IMG/VR virus record: IMGVR_UViG_3300025133_000033
From: a virus
DNA: 64,000 nucleotides
Reading direction: 5' to 3' (one strand)
A program made the translations under genes and the position numbers. Under the pieces are notes generated by a model. That model worked only from the letters and a program-made list of their open reading frames with translations, was not told the DNA's origin and did no database searches. Positions 38,849 to 51,037 of this stretch are shown in pieces. Within the stretch, counting starts at the first letter, position 1; each line of letters begins with the position of its first letter.

Positions 38849-39253
38849 CTACCATGATACCTTCATATCAATCCAGCTACGCACCCCTATCCCATCGTGA
38901 CCGTATGCTAGCTGACACTCTAACTCTGTCTCTTGACAGGCATCCCAAACTAAGGCAGCTACCCCTCTCAACTCAGTAGGATGCGAGATAACATAGTAAA
39001 GGTCTGCTACCTCATAGTCTCTTTCGGGACGAAGACGCATAACCCTGGTAGAGCATCTGCCTATCCTCGCTTCCATTAAGCATTGATTAGGAAGATTATC
39101 AATAATTCCTTGGGCTAAAATCCTATGCTTAGCCTCAGTTAGCCTTCTTTCCTTCTCCTTACGCTGAACAACCAGCTCCTTGATATGCTTATCGTTCTCA
39201 ACTGCCTCTTGAGTTGTTGCTTGTAGATGTTCTAGATTGATTTCAACTTTCAT
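38849..39253 (-). CDS. hypothetical protein
   Basis: ORF in coupled run with 39250..39435 and 39432..39644. Confidence 0.6.
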   Translation of the reverse strand: MKVEINLEHLQATTQEAVENDKHIKELVVQRKEKERRLTEAKHRILAQGIIDNLPNQCLMEARIGRCSTRVMRLRPERDYEVADLYYVISHPTELRGVAALVWDACQETELECQLAYGHDGIGVRSWIDMKVSW

Positions 39254-39647
39254 TTAATCTCAACCTCCACTGCGGGTCGAGCATTTCTTCCTATTCGTCG
39301 TTTCAGAATAGCTTTCACTTTGTCCTTCGTTAGTCGCTCGCCCACGTTCCATTCCACAGTATTAAGAATCTTCAGAATCTTATAGGGAGCGGAAGCATGA
39401 CTGTCTTCTTTAAGAAAGAGCTTTTGAGTTTTCATGCTAATAGCTCCATTGCTGCGTCCGTGAACTCCAATTCGCCATCAACTCGCTTGGTATAACGATT
39501 GAGCAGACTACTCTTATTCTCACTAACCCAATGCTTAAAGTGCTGAGATAAGAGCAATACCTTTGCCTCATCACCATTAGGGGGAAAGGCTTGCTTTTGT
39601 AAAAAACGAAACCTACGTCTTAATGTGCCCTTGCTGATCTTCATGCT

Positions 39648-40097
39648 TTATGCCTCCATTTCAATTTTGTACATAACAAAGTTAGAAGTCTTTTTAACGA
39701 TAGGATAGTCCAGCTCAACAAACGTCTGGAAGGTATCCTTCATAGTGAATCCGTTAAGATTCTTTTTATCATTTCTTACAGAGATATAAGCAATCCCGCC
39801 ATCAAGCTTCAGAGTGCCTATAATCCCCTTTATAACATCAAACCATTCTTCCTCTGGCAAACAGTTGAGTACGAAGTTACACATGACGGTATCGTACCCA
39901 TCAAATTCTAGATGCCTTGGTCGATAGTGCGGGTCGTACCCGTCAATACCTAGAGCATCGCAGTCAAATCCCTTACCACAACCAAAATCAAGACACTTCC
40001 CCTTAAGCAGATCGTTGTCTACAAGGTACTGGGCAGCAGTTGAAAGCTTGCTGCGAGTAATAGCTGTCTTGTAAGCGTTTTCACTGGCCTTGCTCAT
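39648..40097 (-). CDS. small SAM-dependent methyltransferase-like protein
   Basis: TAITR..LS, LDFGCGKGFD, GYDPHY, YD.V.CNFVLN. Confidence 0.8.
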   Translation of the reverse strand: MSKASENAYKTAITRSKLSTAAQYLVDNDLLKGKCLDFGCGKGFDCDALGIDGYDPHYRPRHLEFDGYDTVMCNFVLNCLPEEEWFDVIKGIIGTLKLDGGIAYISVRNDKKNLNGFTMKDTFQTFVELDYPIVKKTSNFVMYKIEMEA

Positions 40098-40476
40098 AGT
40101 CTTCTCTCCGGTTTTAAAAAATGGGGGAGTCGTTCTCCCGATGTTTTTATTTTACCATACGAGCCAGGAATGTCAATACCCTTTTCCAAAAAAAAAAAAA
40201 TTTTCGCTACCATTTTCTGTAGGTGATCGCTTCGACCTGATCTAACTCTATAGAAAGAAGTTGATGGTTGGGAATATACCCTGCCGACTCCCAAGACATT
40301 TTAGAGTATTCCCCTTCACTATTACGGGTTATAGTAAGCTCCTCAACATCTAGTTTAATAACATTCCCGCTTTTCATATAGATATAGTGACGACTGCCAC
40401 GTCCTGTTAGCCTTCGCCACAAAAAGAAACAAAAACGAACAGGTCTTGTCAACGTCGCTAGAAATATATTTTTCAT

Positions 40477-41154
40477 TTAATGTTTCGCTGTTTTATTCCA
40501 GCGTCCTTTCGATACGTTCATCTTACTATCCAGATCGTAATAGTCAAGCTCATTTATACAGAAAAATTTTGTTTCTCCGATTTGTTTAGTCCAGGTACGA
40601 TGGAAGTGCCCAAAGAACCAAAGCTTCGGCTGATGGATGCTGAACATGGTTTGTAGAGCCTGCTGAGTCAAGCACGAGTGCTGCTCTGGCCAACCAAAGC
40701 GTTGCATCACATTCGGATTAGAGATCATATTTTTGACCACAGAGGGACAGTCATGAGTGATCATTATTTCTGGTTTTATTGTTTCATAACTATCAATTGC
40801 CGCATCAAGCTGTTTCATTGTAAGTTCTTCTTCGTACCACCAAGTTTTATTATTAGATAAAAAATAGTCATAAACACGAGACAGGCAGTCGATACTAACA
40901 GACCCACGCATAAAGAAGAAGTCTATCTCCCCGAGACGGTGTGTTCCATAATCTCCAATACTATGAGGAATAGAATAATAAGTATCATAATTGTCATGAT
41001 TGCCTCCAAAGAACTGGTGGCAAGCGAAATCCAATTCTTTCAAGGGATCATAATCGAAGCCCATGTCTCCTAACTGAAGAGAATACTCTGCTCGTTGAGC
41101 GACCTTCTTATACTCTTCCATCTTGCCGTGTACGTCGCCAATAATTCTTAACAT
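40477..41154 (-). CDS. calcineurin-like metallophosphoesterase
   Basis: GDVHG, LGD.G, GNHD, THDCP, GHFH. Confidence 0.9.
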   Translation of the reverse strand: MLRIIGDVHGKMEEYKKVAQRAEYSLQLGDMGFDYDPLKELDFACHQFFGGNHDNYDTYYSIPHSIGDYGTHRLGEIDFFFMRGSVSIDCLSRVYDYFLSNNKTWWYEEELTMKQLDAAIDSYETIKPEIMITHDCPSVVKNMISNPNVMQRFGWPEQHSCLTQQALQTMFSIHQPKLWFFGHFHRTWTKQIGETKFFCINELDYYDLDSKMNVSKGRWNKTAKH

Positions 41155-41361
41155 TATAATAGTGCCTTATATGCCGATGTACAATCAAGCGGAGAGTTCT
41201 TCCTCTACCTTCTTAATTTGATCTTTCATTGTCCTTGCCTCTCTTGTCATAGGGCTTTTCGTCCTCGTACTCTTCTTCAGAACGAAGATTACGCTGAGTC
41301 TGTCTCTTTCGCCGGAACTCCTTTTCCTTTTTGCGTTCTTTCTTTGATAACTTTGGTCCGC

Positions 41362-41655
41362 TCATACTGCTACCTGTCTTGATAATAGAGGTTGCGAACA
41401 CTTGGGGCAAACACCACCCTCTGGCTCGCCGCCATCAACGAATTGGTCCCATCCACAATACTCTTTCTTTGCTTCTTCGATATGCTTACACTTCTTGCGA
41501 TACTTAAAGCTCTCGCACTGACAATGCCAGTCGTACACGTAGTCTCCAAATACAGAGAGTCCATGACGCACGAGGTAGTCCTTGCTACCCTTGATGGTAA
41601 CAAATTTCTCAACAGAAGAACAGTATAGAAATGTTTCTGGTGTTAGATCAGGCAT
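41362..41655 (-). CDS. SWIM zinc-finger protein
   Basis: CQC..F.....CKH plus C-terminal CPKC. Confidence 0.8.
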   Translation of the reverse strand: MPDLTPETFLYCSSVEKFVTIKGSKDYLVRHGLSVFGDYVYDWHCQCESFKYRKKCKHIEEAKKEYCGWDQFVDGGEPEGGVCPKCSQPLLSRQVAV

Positions 41656-42089
41656 GTTTCCGCTTCCTATTCCTTTCGAGTGAGTCCTTTTTGCCTACTT
41701 CAAGAAGATTTCTCGCCGCCTCTTCTAGTCGGTCTCTAACATCGGATACTTCTGTCGCCGCCATCTCTAGGATGTAATCAGCAACATCTTCACGATGTAA
41801 GTAGGTAGTCATTGTGTACGGTTGAACAAAGCGAATATCCATTAAGCACCTAGTTGGGGGTTGCAGTAGATTACTCCACTTTCATTTGCTCTAATAAAGT
41901 AAGAGGAAGCAATCCTATTGACGGGATCACTCTCCCATACGTTGACTCGAAACCTACCATCATAAACTTCTTTGATCCTTACCTTCTGATCAGAGTTCAG
42001 AAAAGCATTCTCTTCCATATATTTCTCTACAATTTCTTGTGTCATCTTAGTCTCCTAGCGGGCCAAAAAAAGATATTCTTACTACTGAA

Positions 42090-42659
42090 TCACCCACTGT
42101 ACTTCCTCCAAATTTCGAGATCGAATTCGGCAAAACTCTTGCCCTCTGGAACCATTTTAGCATACGATTCCTGTAAGTCAAGATACCTTTTTCCAGAAGG
42201 TGTAGATTTTGGGACATTCGGTACGCCTGAATCTCTCAGAAACTTTAAAATGTGAGTGTCGAGGATAGCGTACTTCGTATCGGGACGACTAGAACTTATA
42301 AAGAAACGAGAGGTCTTGTCTCCCAACCATTTTATCTTTTTTAAATCAGTAATAGTACAGGTACGTAGATCAAGTCCAGAGGTGATTACTCCTACGATAG
42401 CATCTGCGTACTGTTGAGGGAACCTAAAGCCTCCTATGTCGAGCAGGAGGGCTAGGATGCCGTCTCCTTCGTTGTGGACCCGTCTGAGACGCTCAAACGG
42501 AGTGTGATCGCGTGTATGGTCGCCTCTGCCGCACGCTGAATCTACCTTTGGTGCGACAATGGAGGACTTCATCTGACGACAACAGATTGAAAAGATCAAC
42601 AACTCTTCCAGTTGTTCATCAGTGTAATCATACTTCACAATATCGTTAGGGTCAATCAT
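42090..42659 (-). CDS. HhH DNA glycosylase (8-oxoguanine glycosylase-like)
   Basis: L..IK.LG.KTSRFF, AILDTHILKFL, FDLEIW. Confidence 0.8.
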   Translation of the reverse strand: MIDPNDIVKYDYTDEQLEELLIFSICCRQMKSSIVAPKVDSACGRGDHTRDHTPFERLRRVHNEGDGILALLLDIGGFRFPQQYADAIVGVITSGLDLRTCTITDLKKIKWLGDKTSRFFISSSRPDTKYAILDTHILKFLRDSGVPNVPKSTPSGKRYLDLQESYAKMVPEGKSFAEFDLEIWRKYSG

Positions 42660-44732
42660 TTACCAATGATCCTTTGTTGAAGTTAAACCATAGATAAGCA
42701 GGGCCAATCCTACTCCTGCCCCTATCAAACAGTAGCCAATCACTGTATTTGGGGCTAGATTTATAATCTCATACATAATTTACTCGTCTTCAAGTTGATC
42801 CGCTCTTTTTTTACCTTGATCGGTTAGCCTGTACCTTACTTCTTCTCCATCTAAATCAGCCTCTAGATTTCCATCTAACACCTGTTGTGTTAAGAGGTAT
42901 CCTGCACGAAGCTCTCCAAACCTAGAGTTAATGTCTTCGTCAGAGAATTCAAACACTCCTTCTTCTGCAAGAGTGTCGAGGATATATGCTATGATCATCT
43001 CGTCTGCTGTTGCCCTGACAGGATCATTTTCATCATTAATACGAAGAGATACCCATAGGCATAGGTGCAGCAACTTCTCTTCTTGTATAATCTCTTTCAT
43101 AATACTCATCATAATTCCCCGTTCATTTTCATAAGAGCAGAAGCAATACCGCCGCAAGCCCCGCTTATAAAGAGACTGACTGATCCTATGATCGTCAGCA
43201 CAACGTCTAATACATCCCAAGGCGAGACTGGAACAAAGATAATAGCGGCTACTCCAATCAATAGCCAAGCCGCCGCCGCTTTTTGGTTTTGTTTAATTAG
43301 TCTATCTAATTCATCCATCTCTTTTACTCCCAAAGAACTCCTTGATTGCTACTGTGGCTAAGCAGAAACATCCTACTATTAACCACCACTTATTTTGAGT
43401 TACCGAAAAAGTGTTGATATTAACAGCCACGCAGAAAAGCATTAGTAGCTGCATCTTGGTACATTTCATTTTACCATACCTCTATCCAATGTCAAGGGGT
43501 GATTTCTATCATTCCCATTTTTTTCTTTAGCTCGCCAAGGGAATGCTGCCCCTGACCCCGATTCTGCGTCTCTTGCTCTGGATTTGTAGCCAAGATAAGA
43601 GCCCGCAGCTTATACATATAGTCCATACAAGGATTTTCTTCATGCACATGCTCAAGCCGCTCATGTATCCACATTAAAAATTCTCTATCTTTCATTAACT
43701 TATTCCTTATCCCTTAAACGGATTAATTCTAGTACAGCCGCTCTAGTAGATGGACTGAGTTGAGGCTGGGTGATTAGAATAGCCTCCAAATGCTCGGTTG
43801 AAAGGTCACTTAAATACCTAACTTGCTGAGGATCTTTGCCTTCTGGCCCATACGATCCCCATGCTGTCGTCTCCCAAGATTCAGCCAATCTGACAGATTT
43901 TAATAGGGTCTGAACCTCCTCTGAGGTGAGATACTTATAATGCACTGGAATTACACCGGCATTTAGTTTATTTCCCATTTGATTTACTTTCTTTGTTAGA
44001 ATTAGGCTTAATCGTGCCGACAAATAGGCCAAAACAATAAGAGAATAAGAAGAGGGCAATTACCCCTCCGACACGTATGTGAATATGGTCGGCTACAATG
44101 CTAACTCCTGATGATCCGATGACACAGATAATCAGGATCGGCTCAATTATATCAACCAATCCTTTCTTACGCATGAGGTTCCCCTTCGTTTAATAAGCCT
44201 TTTATCTTCTGATTATTTCTTAAGAAGGAGACATAATTCCCGCCATTCTTTTCCATAAGGTCGTTAGCTTTTTGCCAAGAGATAGGTCCAGATACTAGCT
44301 GCCAGTGTGAATCATGAGCCCGCTTACCATAGAGCCAAAACCCTTGTTCTGCTTCTTTATCTGGTAAGATCTCATACCACTGTAGCTTACCTTCAAGACT
44401 CTCTACAGCATAGATAGCCCCGTTCCATGAGTTGAAGTAGACTATATTTTTTGTATTCGTTTGCCCCGCCATTATAGTAATGGCTTGAGGAACGAAGGCT
44501 GCATTTATCTTGACTCTGCGGTTCTGTGAGTAGTTGTCCATTGAGGTTTTCCTACTTAATGCTGATCTGTTGATCTGTCGAAAATACGCTTACATATAGT
44601 GCATTCTTTCCAATTGACCCTAGTGAGCCAGGGGCGTGTGATCTTATGCTTCCACTTAAAGTTCGTATCGCAATCATGGAATACGTATCGGAACCCATTC
44701 TTAAACCATTTCATTTAGTTTCCTTTTCTTTT

Positions 44733-44942
44733 TTAATTGATACAACAAGCATTAATAGATTCATCTTCTTCTATCTCTTGACTAAACTCTCTATTAGAGT
44801 AGTGACCTAGAGTAGGACCGTAGTGGATTGAATAGAAGCCGTTTCCTTCTGGGTCTCTTGCGTAGACTGCCTCCAGTTCGAGGGCCTCTGGATTCTCTTT
44901 TACGAACTCATTTAGCTGGTTGATGTAGTCTTTTAGGAGCAT
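44733..44942 (-). CDS. hypothetical phage protein
   Basis: RDPEGNGF motif; first gene left of the strand-switch region. Confidence 0.6.
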   Translation of the reverse strand: MLLKDYINQLNEFVKENPEALELEAVYARDPEGNGFYSIHYGPTLGHYSNREFSQEIEEDESINACCIN

Positions 44943-45594
44943 GTTTTCCCTTAATTAAAGGTCGTTACCGTACAATAAGTAGAAACTTATGTTCAAACCC
45001 GTTATTTTGCTGAAAAAACGAGCGATGAAGCGTCAAAAATTGTTCAGACTGAATGCCTGATGACCCTATTATACTATATAAGTGTCCTTATGCAAGGGGT
45101 GAAGTAGAAAAAAGATGAAAAGGGTGTCATCCCTATGGTGAAACGGTCACTAAAAATTATACTCTGGAAATATTTTCCACTTTTTCCCCAGAATTATTTG
45201 AGGGAACCTCTCGCCGGTCGTACACTTATAGTAGAAGAAAAGTAGTACTTAGCAGTTTGACCCCACAGTGGGTTGGGGATCGTAGTGTTGTGCTGAGACG
45301 ACTTCACTTAATCAAATCAATTTTATTACTATCTAATACTGAAAAGGGAATTACTATGACAAATGGCCTAGACTCCGCAAATCCATTCGTAAGAGATAAA
45401 GCTCTAGATACTATAGCAAAAGATTTCTTCGCGATGGAGCATCCCCCAGGAAGTAAAAGATCTCATGCTCTTCGGTATGATTTCACTTCTACTTGATAAG
45501 GGAATTATATCTGAAGAAGAACTCACCGGCAAGGTTGAGGAGGCTACAACTTTCTATAAGATTTTAAAAACGAGGAAGGAAAAGCAGAAAGACC

Positions 45595-45622
45595 TTGCAA
45601 ATCCCGAATCGTAGTGTATAAT
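45595..45622 (+). promoter_or_regulatory. sigma70-type promoter for the + strand RNA/tRNA island
   Basis: TTGCAA-N16-TATAAT. Confidence 0.7.
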
Positions 45623-45627
45623 TAATG

Positions 45628-45737
45628 TAGGAGAGTTGGTCAGGTTGCCTATTCTTATGACCTCTAAGGGTCTGCGGAATAGGACGGGACAACAGACATG
45701 CCTTCTTCCCGGTTGGCGTGTGACCGTCACTCTCCTA
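45628..45737 (+). ncRNA. candidate structured ~110-nt RNA
   Basis: Closing stems TAGGAGAGT/ACTCTCCTA and GGTCA/TGACC, inner CCTATTC/GAATAGG; begins at the predicted +1. Confidence 0.5.
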
Positions 45738-45796
45738 ATAGTAGCCGCCTTAATTGTGCGGGGTGGATGGTGGGAATTTATACAGAAGAAATATGC

Positions 45797-45871
45797 TGTG
45801 GGGTGGAGCAGTCCGGTCAGCTCGCTAGGTTCATATCCTAGAGGTCGTAGGTTCAAATCCTGCCCCCACCA
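45797..45871 (+). tRNA. tRNA-Met(CAT), initiator-like
   Basis: 1:72 mismatch, A11:U24, loop TTCATAT. Confidence 0.88.
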
Positions 45872-46474
45872 CTTTCTTCTACTTTACTTTTTGTTAGTTA
45901 AGGGACTGACTATGATTATACGTATTACAGGCATACAAGATTGTATATACTCAAAGCGTACCCACTCTCACACGGTAAATTCTTCTGGAAAAGAAGAGTG
46001 CCCATACGAGTTAGCTTCCGTAAAATACTCTGGAAAAGAAGAGTACCACTGCATTTCAAAAGTTTATAAACTCAAAGGAAAAACAGTGATGTATACAGTG
46101 CGTAAATATTGTGCAACCATGCTCATGATGTTGGCAAGTCTGTTCAAGATCCTGACTGTGATAGTCGCCCCGGCTGATCTTAAAGAGGAGTTTGAGGAGT
46201 CTATATGACAAGGCTTGATATGACATTAGGGGCAGTAGGAGTTATCTTTGGTTTTACGACCATAGCTTTTATTACTCTACTTTATTTTCTTTTACAAATT
46301 TAAGGACCACTATGAGTATTCTAGACAGGATTAAAAGAGAGCTGGTATACAAAGACTCTGACTATACCAAGGGCCTCTTTCTCACGATCCTGCTCACTAC
46401 AGCCTTAGCGTTAGGAATGGGCCTGATTACCTTCCTTTCCATCTACTTCATTTGCATTTTATCCGGCCTGTAAC

Positions 46475-46733
46475 AAACTCAGGTGCAACTCGCGTGCTAC
46501 TGACTATCTCAAGACTACCCAAGCTAGGTCGGCTGCGACGGCGGAATACTCCCCGGTTGGTATTTAAATTCTCAAAAAAAAACTCGGGTGCAAAGACTTG
46601 ACGGGGGACTGGGGACTTTAAGCTATAAGGGCTGAGACATTCCTCAGAATGGCAAAAAATCCGCTGAAAAACTCGCGTGCAAGGACTAGACGAGGGACTA
46701 GGGGCTTTAAGCTATATGGGGTAGTACACCCCC
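46475..46733 (+). repeat. family B repeat, three tandem copies (AACTCGCGTGCAA...GAC...AAGCTA...ACA); also at 50890, 55662, 61749
   Basis: Visual alignment of six co-oriented copies (the 46487 copy is degenerate). Confidence 0.8.
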
Positions 46734-47120
46734 ACAATGGGGCAAAAAAAATCCCAGAAGTAGGAGTTTTTAACTTTTTGTTCTAAGTCCTTTAATACCA
46801 ACAACTTACGTCCACGCAACAAGGGCCAAGTCATAAGTCGTTACGTACCAATACCTTACAGCTATTATTATAGCACTTTTCCGGCTCAAATCAAGGGGGA
46901 ATTTCCGTAAACCCTTTAGCTGCAAGAGTTTACAACAAATCGCCCTAAGTCCTTTCATACCAAGGGGTTACGTCCAGGCCCGGCCCGGCGGCGAGCTAAG
47001 TCCTTTGATACCAACGGGTTACGTCGATTTTTTGCGAGAATGCATAAAAAAACCCCCACCCCCCGGTTACCGGCTTTGCGGGCCAGCTCACGGGGGGCAG
47101 GGGTAGGAAAGTCCCTCAGA

Positions 47121-48074
47121 TTAGGTAGCCAGGGCAACGGCCTGAGTTAGGGCGTCACGGTTCTGGTTTCCGTTTTGACCGAACCAGAGCGAATCCATTC
47201 GGTTGGCCTCATTTCGGCCCTTCTCGTAGTTCAGGTACTCGCTGACGGAGTTGTAAGCTCCCCACCAAGTGCCCGCTACGCCTTCCAGATCGGCACCGCG
47301 ACCCGTCTCAAAAAGTTCCTCCACACGCGACACGATATTCCGCGAGCGGGTTGCAATGTCCTCATCCTTTTTGATGGCTTCCTTTGCACCCAACATTACG
47401 ATTTTCACGTACTTGTGAAGATCGGCGGAGTTGATCGCACGCGATGCCAGAAAACGATACTGGTCGCACGTCGATTCAAATTCCTGATTTGCGAGGTTCA
47501 TAATGTCCCGCAACTTTTCCACGTTCTCCTTGACGAAACGGTGATGGCGAACGCGGATCAGCTTCGACGCTTCGCAATCACGAGCGAGAGCCTCAGTGTT
47601 CGAACACACCACCCGAATGGGGGTGAACCCGAAGTGAACCGCCAGCTTTCCATCGTGCCCGTTCGAGAGCAGAGCGAACTTGCGAATCTCATCACCCTTG
47701 ACGATTTCGCTGTTTTCTAAAGCCAACTGACAAAGAACCCAAACCCGTTGACCGTCGCGAAGGGAACCAGCCGTGTGCCAATTCATGTCGCCTGACTCAA
47801 CCAGAGGCTCGAACACCTTAAAAGAGTCTGCATTTTGCAGAGGAGTCCAACGAGGACCAACGACACCCAAAACGGAATCATCCGATTCGCGTACAGACGC
47901 TTGAGCCTTGACTTCCTCGCCATTAGCTCGAAAGAGGGGTTCGGTCTTGACTGACCAATCCAAACCCGCCTTGATCATCACATCCTCAGTGGTTTCAGTA
48001 CCATCGAGGGGGTTGCCCAAACCATGCCAGGGAACCTCACCAAAAAACGCCATCTGCTCAACTGCTGCGGTCAT
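47121..48074 (-). CDS. DUF932 family (phage/plasmid-like TIGR03299) protein
   Basis: PWHGLG, AGLDW.V, LQN, TAGSL..G..VW, NGHDG, TPIRVVCSNT, GTWWGAYN. Confidence 0.9.
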   Translation of the reverse strand: MTAAVEQMAFFGEVPWHGLGNPLDGTETTEDVMIKAGLDWSVKTEPLFRANGEEVKAQASVRESDDSVLGVVGPRWTPLQNADSFKVFEPLVESGDMNWHTAGSLRDGQRVWVLCQLALENSEIVKGDEIRKFALLSNGHDGKLAVHFGFTPIRVVCSNTEALARDCEASKLIRVRHHRFVKENVEKLRDIMNLANQEFESTCDQYRFLASRAINSADLHKYVKIVMLGAKEAIKKDEDIATRSRNIVSRVEELFETGRGADLEGVAGTWWGAYNSVSEYLNYEKGRNEANRMDSLWFGQNGNQNRDALTQAVALAT

Positions 48075-48116
48075 AACGACCTCCTTTTGAAAACCTTCCG
48101 AACTTGTTATGCCTTA

Positions 48117-48144
48117 ATTATACAATAGTTTATCGCGAAGTCAA
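48117..48144 (-). promoter_or_regulatory. sigma70 promoter (representative of about 20 in 48-64 kb)
   Basis: TTGACT-N16-TATAAT; similar at ~49928, 50836, 51284, 51852, 52655, 52945, 53148, 54119, 55793, 56515, 58846, 60139, 61055, 61337, 61699, 62169, 62629, 63142. Confidence 0.85.
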
Positions 48145-48554
48145 CCCCTGCTGGGAAAGTTTTTCAGAAAAATAAATCGCCGTAAGTCGTTGGTATCAAA
48201 GGGGTTAGGTCGGCCCCCGGCGGCGGCTGGCCCTAAGTCCTTTAGTCACAAGGGTTTACGTCAGAAACTTCCAGTAATTCGGTGCTGATAATTTTCGAGT
48301 CGCTCCCGTCGTGCGTCACGGCGTAGTAGCAATTAGCGTTGCAATCGTCAATCATGTCCTGCTCAGTAGTCGAGCCGTTCTCAATTAAATTTAATTTAAT
48401 TATAGCATAGGCGGTAAGATAGGGCATTGTAGCTCCAGTGTAATATAGCCCCCCTTGCGGGGGGCTATGGTTCACAAGTTAGGTTAGCTCTCCATCCATG
48501 TGACGAACACCCACAGAAAGAGGAGCACGATAAAGGTGAGGGCTAGGGCCTCAA

Positions 48555-48860
48555 TCATTCGGCGGATTCGGTAGGGGCCTCCGCCGTATCAGGTTCCGCC
48601 GTTTCAGCTTCCAGCTCAGCCATGAGCAATGCCACCTCATCATTGGTGGCCACATGCGGCCCATTAGAGGAGGTATACTTGGGAACCGCGTTGAAAACCT
48701 TGGGATACCGCTTTCGATTGCGGGTCAAGGCTTGCTTAAACGATTCGAGCGAGGTATAACCCAGCTCAGTCGCAGCTTTTTCGGCGGTGTCGAACTCATC
48801 CCGCTTGGAGATAGTAACACGTAGAAAATCTTTCAGGGGGACATGGATTCGATTGGACAT
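48555..48860 (-). CDS. hypothetical protein, possible HTH
   Basis: AEKAATELGY...SFKQ; own promoter at ~48896. Confidence 0.6.
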   Translation of the reverse strand: MSNRIHVPLKDFLRVTISKRDEFDTAEKAATELGYTSLESFKQALTRNRKRYPKVFNAVPKYTSSNGPHVATNDEVALLMAELEAETAEPDTAEAPTESAE

Positions 48861-49114
48861 AAAAGTCTCCTAAAAAAAGAAAAAGGTTTGCACTAATTGT
48901 ACCATACTGGTTGGGATTGTCAACCTTGAAAAGTCAAAAAAACACACCCAGCATCAAGCACATCGTCATGCTCAGAAAATTCGATAGTATCGGCGGGGTA
49001 ATATTCCCCTACGGTCGCATCGTAAAAAGTAACGCTCTCATCGAGAAAATCACCCCCAGACTCATTTGATTGTTTTAGAATAAACTCGCTCAATTCTCCC
49101 CATGACATCATTGC

Positions 49115-49897
49115 CTAGACTCCTACAAAAAACCCTTGTGATTGCTCAATGCGGGCTTTTGCTTTTTTCTTATTCTTAGGCAATTTGACCCCTAGCCCGA
49201 CTATAACGCCAGCCGGATCATTAAAGCGTAAATCGGAAACATCCCCGTTGACTACCTTCCACCCATTCCAACTAGACGGAATGATCGGCTTCAAAGTATT
49301 CTTATCGTAAAATGGAACCGCAACATTCATGCCACATTCTAGCACGTTCCGAACATAGTCCAGACTAGACCGTTCCGACCATGAGTAGGTCAGATGATAA
49401 TTCTCAGGTAAATCACCATGACACCATGCAGACACGTAAGATTTTACTTTTGTATATCCGTAAAATTTCCACTTAGGAAAAATGTCGAACATTTGCGGCA
49501 ATTTTAGGTGCCACGGTTGATCGCTCAACACATTAGGACGGAAGGCTACAGGAACCCCCAGACGGGTGGCTTTACGATCCACTTTGTGCAACTCAGGAAG
49601 CAAGATCGACCAAAATGCCTTGAGATCGGTCGCGTACAATTTTGTACGGTTAATTCTCACCTTGTCAATAGAGGGGGTAAATTCAGCCCGTCCCGTGCCC
49701 CCCAGACATGCGGCTTTGCATAGCTCAGTAAATGCGGGGCACATATTGTGACCAGACAGATCGGCTTGGGCCAGACTAACTCCGGCGTTATACCACCCCA
49801 CAGACTTGAGCAGTTTGGCGTTCGCGTGCGGCTCAGTAATAAGACTACCGAAACCATGCGATTGTGCCAGCGATTTTGCAGCTTGTAAACTCAGCAT
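49115..49897 (-). CDS. GP88-like phage protein
   Basis: NMCP....CKAACL...GR, RPNVLSD, FYGYTK, NYHLTYSWSE, GDVSDLRF.DP. Confidence 0.8.
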   Translation of the reverse strand: MLSLQAAKSLAQSHGFGSLITEPHANAKLLKSVGWYNAGVSLAQADLSGHNMCPAFTELCKAACLGGTGRAEFTPSIDKVRINRTKLYATDLKAFWSILLPELHKVDRKATRLGVPVAFRPNVLSDQPWHLKLPQMFDIFPKWKFYGYTKVKSYVSAWCHGDLPENYHLTYSWSERSSLDYVRNVLECGMNVAVPFYDKNTLKPIIPSSWNGWKVVNGDVSDLRFNDPAGVIVGLGVKLPKNKKKAKARIEQSQGFFVGV

Positions 49898-50024
49898 AGC
49901 TTTCCTTTCCTCTTGGGTTATGCTTCAATTATACAATACGTAGTCCGAAAGTCAAGCCCCCTAGCAATATTTTTATCAGAAAAACAGATCGTCGTAAGTC
50001 GTTACCAGCAAAGGGTTTACGGTT

Positions 50025-50040
50025 TGGCATGATATTTGCA
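50025..50040 (+). promoter_or_regulatory. sigma54 -24/-12 motif (first of 10 on + strand)
   Basis: TGGCAYG-N4-TTGC at 50025, 53207, 54189, 56574, 57828, 59413, 60478, 61406, 62238, 63211. Confidence 0.75.
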
Positions 50041-51037
50041 GTAAGAAATCGTCGTAAGTCGTTGGTATCAAAGGGGTTAGGTCGTCGCCGGGCCGGTCAC
50101 CAACCTAAGTCCTTACACAGCAAGGGGTTACGTCGATAATTAATCGCCTTTTAAAAGTCGGTTACGTGTTTCACCTAGAATTTTAAGCTGCTTCAAATAC
50201 TCCTCACGCTGAACAGTAAACCAAGCGTTCTCGGCCTTGAGGGATAGCTGATCAATAGCGACTTCTAGCTCAGCAATCTTCTTTTCTCTTTTTTCTCTCA
50301 TAATACCTCTAAGGTAGGAAGATCATCAACAACTTTACACTTAAAGCTTTTTACTAACCAGCCACTCTTATCGCTCAAGGCGTCAGCAATTCCTTCTTCG
50401 TCGTCAACGTCCACGGTCATTTGGTCGGAAAGATTACCTTTTATTTTAGTGGCTTCTATAGCATCTCCATCGGTATCCTCAGCCTCAACGCACCAGTCTA
50501 TATCATAGCAAAATACCTTCATTATAGCCCCTCCCATAAATTATCAGTTTGTTCCATGAACTCTTCAAAGTCACAGCCGCAATCGTCACAGAACCCGAAG
50601 CCGTTTATATTGCCTATCTTACAGTCAGGGCAACTAGCTCCCTCGTATTCACCGTATTCGCTGCTCATTTTTTCCCTCGATTCGGCGTTTCTTTTTACTG
50701 TACTTTTTAAGCCACTCCGTTTTCTCACGGCGACCCCTACCACAGCGGGAGCCGCCCATCCCTCCCTTAATCTTCATAAAATTCGTCCCTTTGTGCACGG
50801 GAATCGTTCAGTCATTGTGTTTCTCCTATGCTTCCATTATACCTTATGTATCGTCACAGTCAACCCCTAGCCTTTAATTTTATCATAAAAAGTCGCGTGC
50901 AATGAATGAATAGGGGACAGGGGACATCAAGCTAGATAGGCTGGTACATATTACCCCACAAAAAAACCCCATCAGACTAAACTGATAGGGCATTGGGTCT
51001 ACATCGTCGAAACGATGCACCACGCGGCATGGAGCCG

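Noticed and set aside
116-44000. Most + strand ORFs in the track (e.g. 2622, 4569, 24500, 32547, 38285, 41854)
   Set aside because: They are shadows antisense to well-supported - strand genes or tRNAs.
45636-45910. N-terminal part of ORF 45636..46208
   Set aside because: It overlaps the structured RNA and tRNA-Met; the plausible start is MIIRITG near 45912.
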